Assembly (NCBI RefSeq): GCF_018977255.1
Contig: NW_024704743.1
Span: 15,936,001-16,000,000, forward strand
Length of the DNA: 64,000 nt
Direction: 5' to 3'
Source of the DNA: Callorhinchus milii
Lineage: Eukaryota
The position numbers and the translations under genes are program-made. Each line of letters begins with the position of its first letter. The stretch's first letter is position 1. The notes under the pieces were generated by a model, which had not been told where the DNA came from, searched no databases, and worked only from the letters and a program-made list of their open reading frames with translations. Below are positions 62,131 to 64,000 of this stretch, piece by piece.

Positions 62131-64000
62131 CCTTCAATCCCAAAAGTCAAGCTCAGGTAAGCTAACAGTGTTTCAAAAGCTGCAGTTATCTTCACAATAA
62201 GTTATTTTTATAATGAACAGCAATGATAAATATTAAAGTTTCTAATTAAAAGAACATTTTCAGTTTTAAAATGTGACATCTCAAAGGGATCCTTATAGAG
62301 GTATTCACAATTTTAAATGAGATTGCGCAAGTCAATCCAGACAACAATTTCGGATGCACTGAGACAGCAGAACAAGAGGACTCAGGTTTAAATTTGCAAA
62401 GGGCAATTTCGGGACACACACCAGGAAGTGTTTCTTTACAAAGGGATATTAACAACTGAAACAGGATACCAGGCAGGGTGGTTGAAGCCCACAGACTTCT
62501 GTAAATAATAGCTTGGTAAGATGAGATCAAGTGGGCCAAAGAGCTTTCTTCATCTGAAACTCTCTTATAATCTTGCGAGTCTAATAGGGTCTAATTTTCT
62601 GTGCTTCTTTATGGGAATCCACACAAATAGGGATTCCTTCCAGTATCTGGATGTACATCAGACTGACCCACGGGAACTGATCTATTCCTGGGGCAGAGTT
62701 CCTCAGATTGACAGCAATTTTAACGGCATTCCTTATTAAGGAAACCAATTAAGAAATACCACAAATTAGATCTCGATATGGGGATTCGTTTTTAAGATTG
62801 TCACAGTTGAGAGTTGCTTCCAGCTAAATGGTAGAAATGTAGAATACATTAAACCAACCATGGGAGTCCTCAATTGCCTATCCTGTGAGACACAAACTGC
62901 CTATATTATGAATAGCTTTTGTTCTGTTGAAAGGGGCTCTCTTTGCACCCACACAATATATACCACCTCAAAAGCATATGCAGCAGGATGGTAATTTCCT
63001 GAACAACATGAAACAAACTCTTTTCGGGTGAAACTTCAGATGTGGTTTCAGAGCAGTCATATCCCTGAGACCAGATGTGGTATGGTTGGTTGACCGCTAA
63101 AGTCATGATTGACAAAGTAACTTTCCATTTGAAAATTGTAAGTTCACATATGGGTTCAGATTTATGCAGGATATCTTACTGATTCCATACAAACTTAGAT
63201 TCCATACTTTCAAAAAATAATCATTTCATTTGATATAGCACCCTATTGCAGCAAAAAGTTCTTCACAGAGTTTTCTGTAAAGTGTGGTGAATATTTTGAA
63301 GGTGAATGCGGTAGCACAACAAAGTCCCTCAAACAGCAATGAAGAGAATAATCATTTTTTTTCTCTCTGGTCGATTGTTGCCCAGGTTATTGGGAGAAAC
63401 TCCTTTCTCTTTTCAAATAATGCCATGGGGACCTCAGATTTCCCTCTCATCTGAAGGACAGGACCTCCAAAACTGCATTGGAGTATCATCTTAGAATGAG
63501 GCTCAAAGAAAAGGGATTTTATATCAGACTTTTCTTCGACACTCTTGGCATGGAGGAGAGAAAAGGCTGTTGTCCGACTGTACACTTGAAAGAAAAGTAA
63601 GAACTTGAATCCAAACTGAATTCAACTTCAAGCCTGGATTGAGAAGTTGTTGGCAGCGCTCCCAAATCAATGAATGTTTTCACAAAGTCCAGATCAAGCG
63701 ATTGATCATTTCACCAAAGACCAACAGATTCCATTCATCAGGATATAAGGCTGTTCCGTATAATGTCCAGAATGTGGCATTATATTATGCCTAGGTACTT
63801 GAAGCCTAGTTTTTGCCATATTTAATCATAATAGACAGGAGTATGGCTCTGGGAATCCACAAATAAGTTTATGCCAATGCTCACAATTCATGCTGCATGC
63901 AAACCTTCTTTCATCCTTCACTGAAACAAACGCCTATGAACAACCAGATATCTGCAGAGGAAAACCCCCGAACCTGATCTAGAACACAAAGTATAAAAAC

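Noticed and set aside
61193..64000. SUGCT first exon / promoter
   Set aside because: No CpG island and no convincing ATG-to-donor exon seen; probably beyond 64000.

Overview
Eukaryotic (vertebrate) genomic DNA. The repeat content (Deu-domain tRNA-SINEs, SacSINE1-like copies, abundant L2 and CR1) points to a cartilaginous fish, possibly a chimaera; this is an inference. The window appears to lie entirely inside one minus-strand gene, SUGCT (succinyl-CoA:glutarate CoA-transferase, CoA-transferase family III). I located eight internal coding exons: 61141-61192, 60969-61042, 52390-52475, 50029-50079, 46325-46445, 33402-33493, 12299-12442 and 9822-9917. All have GT-AG boundaries and splice into one open frame of 716 nt. 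The first and the 3' exons were not found in the window. The introns are dominated by retroposons. The most notable object is a very young, almost intact single-ORF L2 LINE (~5088-8970, minus strand) inserted into a SINE. It has one 1-nt frameshift and a 5' end built from three 88-bp CpG-rich tandem monomers, followed by a perfect splice donor. Also present: a Tigger-like MITE family carrying clustered TGATTGACAG (PBX/MEIS-PREP-type) motifs, a non-autonomous Helitron-like element, an unclassified hairpin-bearing dispersed repeat, and inverted repeat pairs next to SUGCT exons. Most ORFs in the supplied track are TE fragments or chance ORFs. Repeat coordinates are approximate; exon coordinates were read base by base.
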